Assembly (NCBI GenBank): GCA_964016885.1
Contig: OZ024740.1
Coordinates: 323,950,001 to 324,014,000 of the forward strand
Direction: 5' to 3'
Source of the DNA: Eledone cirrhosa
Taxonomy: Eukaryota
Length of the DNA: 64,000 bases
This document shows, one piece after another, positions 60,326 to 64,000 of this stretch (position 1 is the stretch's first letter; the number at the start of each line of letters is the position of its first letter). The position numbers were made by a program, and so were the translations under genes. Below the pieces are notes generated by a model. It did not search any database. It worked only from the letters and a program-made list of their open reading frames with translations, and had not been told where the DNA came from.

Positions 60326-61505
60326 GCGAGAGCGAGAGAGAGAGAGCGAGCGAGAGAGAGAGAGCCATCGGACACAACATATTTATTTTTTGTCTACAAA
60401 TAGAAGAGTACCATTCAAATTATTTATAGTGTATACAACACAGGACTCAGCTGGGCCGGTTAGTCTAATTTGAATAACTGCATGCACCGACAACGTCGAC
60501 TAGTTATCTAAATAAATTCCCTGTGCATTACAGAACGGTTTACTTTTATAGTTTCAAATGTGCACTACGAATTAATGCATCTATACGTGTATGTGTTTGT
60601 ATTTGAGTGCATGTGTATATTTTTATGTATGTGTGTTTATATGTGAGTCTATATGTAAGCATGTGTGTGTATATGCGTATGTGAGTCTATATATAAGTAT
60701 ATATGTGTGTGTGTGTGTATGTGAGTCTATATGTAAGTATGTGTGTGTATATGCGTGTGTGAGTCTATATATAAGTATATGTGTGTGTGTGTGTGTCTAT
60801 ATGTAAGTATGTGTGTGTATATGTGTGTGTGTGAGTCTATATATAAGTATATATATGTGTGTGTGTGTGTATACGTGTCAATAAGTGTATATGTGCGCAT
60901 ATGTCAATATGTGTGTATATGTGAGTCTATAAGCAAGTATGTGTGTGTGTACACGTGTGTCTATATGTAAGTATGTGTGTATATGTGTCTATATATGTGC
61001 GTGTGTTTATAATGATATACAACAGTCAAGATGGCGAAGAATATGTTACGATTCTAATATTTGAACTTATTGAAGTGTAACGGCGTAAATTCGGTGCAGT
61101 GGCCTTAAAATAACTGTTCCACATGACTGATTGCTGAAGACTCTGGTGTTTATGTTTAACTGTCTCTGTCTTTGTCCCGTTGACTAGATTGCATGTGTGT
61201 ATGATATTATGTCTACACACAAGTAGTGTGTGTGTTGTTGTTAATGTGTATGGATGAGAGAGAAATAACATAGAAACAGATGAGAGAGAGAAATATAGAT
61301 AGAAAATAGACGAAGAGAGAGAGGGGGTGGGGAGACAGAGACGGAGAAAGACAGAGACAGAGAAAGAGAGAGAGAGAGAGTGAAAGAGAGAGAGACAGAC
61401 ATACATATAAATAAAGAGACATATAGATAAACGAAGAGAGAGCGAGAGAGTTGGATAGATATAGAGACAAAAAATAAACAGAGAGGGGGAGAGAGAAAGA
61501 CAGTG

Positions 61506-61617
<112 letters not shown>

Positions 61618-62313
61618 TGGCAAAATGGTAAAGAGGGAAGGAAAAAAAGGAAGGACCCGGTAGTAAGAAGAGGGATGCAATGCTGTTGTTACCAAAAAGT
61701 GTCACTTGGAGAGAGACTGGAAGAACTCCAGTATTAAATAAATATGAAAATAAAAGAAAACATAATAAAAAAACCACAACAACATAAAGCAAAACAAGGT
61801 TTACATGCCCGGACTGTGTGAAGCCAACCATTAGGTCTGCACCAATCCAATGGCTCCTCTTCTCCTCCATCATGTCACACAGACATAGATATTACATGCA
61901 GCTAGTTGCTAATCAAAGTTATCCATATTTATAAATGATGTCAAGATGTCAAACGAAGAGGCACACACACATATACACGCTCCACTTCCCCCCCCCCCCC
62001 CAGACGGTACTGATACTATTATATCTATGCTACTGTTACCAACATCACCACTATTGTAGTCTCTCTGCTACTTCCATGCAAGCACCTCCTAATCCTTCAA
62101 CTTTTATTACTATCAATATCGTTTATTTAATCAGTTATTGGCTTGTTGTTCAATAAATCTCTCTCCTGCTGAAACTGTCATCGTTCCTACATTTTATGTA
62201 TTTGTATTGACACGCAGCAACACCCACGTTTTTACCGTCCTGTGCTGTCCTTAATGTTATACTTTGTGTCAACCCTTGTGGTTAATAAAGAAAACATTAC
62301 TAATTATTATTAT

Positions 62314-62710
62314 GTGGATCGGCAGTATCGGTAGAGGGTCGGGCGCCATGCTTTGACGCATAGAGTTACGGCCCTTGCCATTCTGAGTTCAAATCCCGCC
62401 GAGGTTAACTTTGCCTTTCATCCTTACGGGGTCGATAAAATAAAGTACCAGTAACGCACTGGGGTCGATTTAATCGACTTTCCCCTCCCCCAAAATTGCT
62501 GGCCTTGTGCCCATATAAGAAACCATTGGTGGATTGGCAGTATCGGTAGAGGGTCGCACGTCATGCTTTGACACATAGAATTACGGCCCTTTCCATTCTG
62601 AGTTCAAATCCCGCCGAGGTCAACTTTGCCTTTCATCCTTACGGGGTCGAAATAAAGTACCAGTAATGTAGTGGGTATTTGCTGGCCTTCTGCCAAAAGT
62701 AGAAACAATT
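62314..62710 (+). mobile_element. Two tandem SINE family 1 copies with (TTA)n tail
   Basis: Long 3' variant followed directly by the short variant. Confidence 0.88.
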
Positions 62711-64000
62711 ATTATTATTATTATTATTATTGCTATTATTATAGTGACACCATCAACGATGAAGACAATAGTGACAACAGCAGCGATGGCAACAATATTG
62801 ACAACGGCAGCAACAATGCGACATAAAACCAAAAAAAAGATCATCTGCAATCAGTCGGAAATCGTGTCAACACTCACCCACCACCCTGCAATCTAAAGCA
62901 CCTCATCACTCAACCCCATTTCTAACCTATGACAATATCCTTGCCACCACCTAAACAAGCACTGCACCAACACTGTAATCTAAGACATCTCTGTTGAAAC
63001 CACGGCTCTACTCCTGTTAACTAAAACATCTCATCACATCTGCCTAAACCTCAACAGCATCTAATCTAAAACACTACACCACCTCTATATAAACACCCAC
63101 CTTTCTTAGAAACCCCTGTTGACACCACACCAAACCTTCCTAAAGAATGTCAACACCTTCATTATCTGCATCACCCCCCCCCCGTCATCTATACCCCCAT
63201 TCTAAATAAACACCCCACCTCTACTACACTACACCTCCACTCAATGCCCAACCTCCTCTACTACTCACCCACCACACTGCTCTCCCACCCATCTTAATTA
63301 CGGTGCAGTAAGTTGCTTTCTTTGTTTATTTTAATATTGATAAATAGTTGATATGGCAACAGTATGGAGTTACAACTGTCGTCGCCATATTTTTATTATA
63401 AAGCCCCCCCCCCCATCACACAACCACCACCATCATAATTCACCTGCTCTCCCCACCGACACCATAACAATGCAGTGCTGATTAAATTTCATCATCACTT
63501 CTACGCCCCACTCCACCACAGCCACCCAACCATTACCTTCACACAACCAGCATCACCAGCGTCAATCATCCGACCCACCTCCAGCTCAAAGTTGACTAGC
63601 CACAATGACCACCATATCCACCACCAAATACTATCGTTCCTCACTACCTTGTGGTGTTGACTAACTTTACTATTCTGGTTACTGTTGCACACTTAATGAC
63701 TCTTATTACAGTGTATATAGGTCGGGATCGCATGATTGACATACTCTATAGTTCAATTTGCAGGGAAATAGCAGGGCGATAACCCCTACAGACGGCGCTG
63801 ATCCCAGTTTTTTTAAAGACTTGTTGGCAATGCAGTAGGAATGAAACTCCATAAGCTTGGTTAATGAAAGCAACGGAGATATTTCGATTACATTTGCTCA
63901 ACGAAATATTCACTTAGCAAGGTGTCTAGAATAGATATAGAAAAGAGGAAAACACACACTCACGCACATTGTATATACATATATTCATATAACCATACTC

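Noticed and set aside
61795-61873. Possible alternative first Prickle exon (MMEEKRSHW..SGH|gtaaac)
   Set aside because: Weak donor, phase 0 in that frame whereas the 52354 acceptor needs phase 2; no Prickle similarity. RNA-seq would be needed.

Overview
Eukaryotic, AT-rich, microsatellite-saturated genomic DNA. The repeat families and (TA)n/(CA)n/(GA)n density suggest an octopus-like cephalopod; that is inference from repeat style, not proof. The only host coding sequence I can support is one 181-bp minus-strand exon of a Prickle-family (PET-LIM) gene at 52174-52354, so the rest is most likely intron (no neighbouring exon recognised in about 52 kb downstream or 11.6 kb upstream). The window also holds more than 25 copies of one tRNA-derived SINE, other SINE families, about 80-bp Tc1/mariner MITEs with a possible parent relic, and a GC-rich 5'-truncated RTE LINE with two stops. 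The most unusual signal is several families of short elements embedded in (TA)n. Some have a tail plus long hairpin, and several carry whole or partial hammerhead-ribozyme cores, consistent with microsatellite-targeting Penelope-like retroelement termini. One complete minimal hammerhead (11701-11743) lies on the Prickle pre-mRNA strand, and the Prickle exon is closely bracketed by inverted SINEs. Almost all supplied ORFs are microsatellite artefacts.
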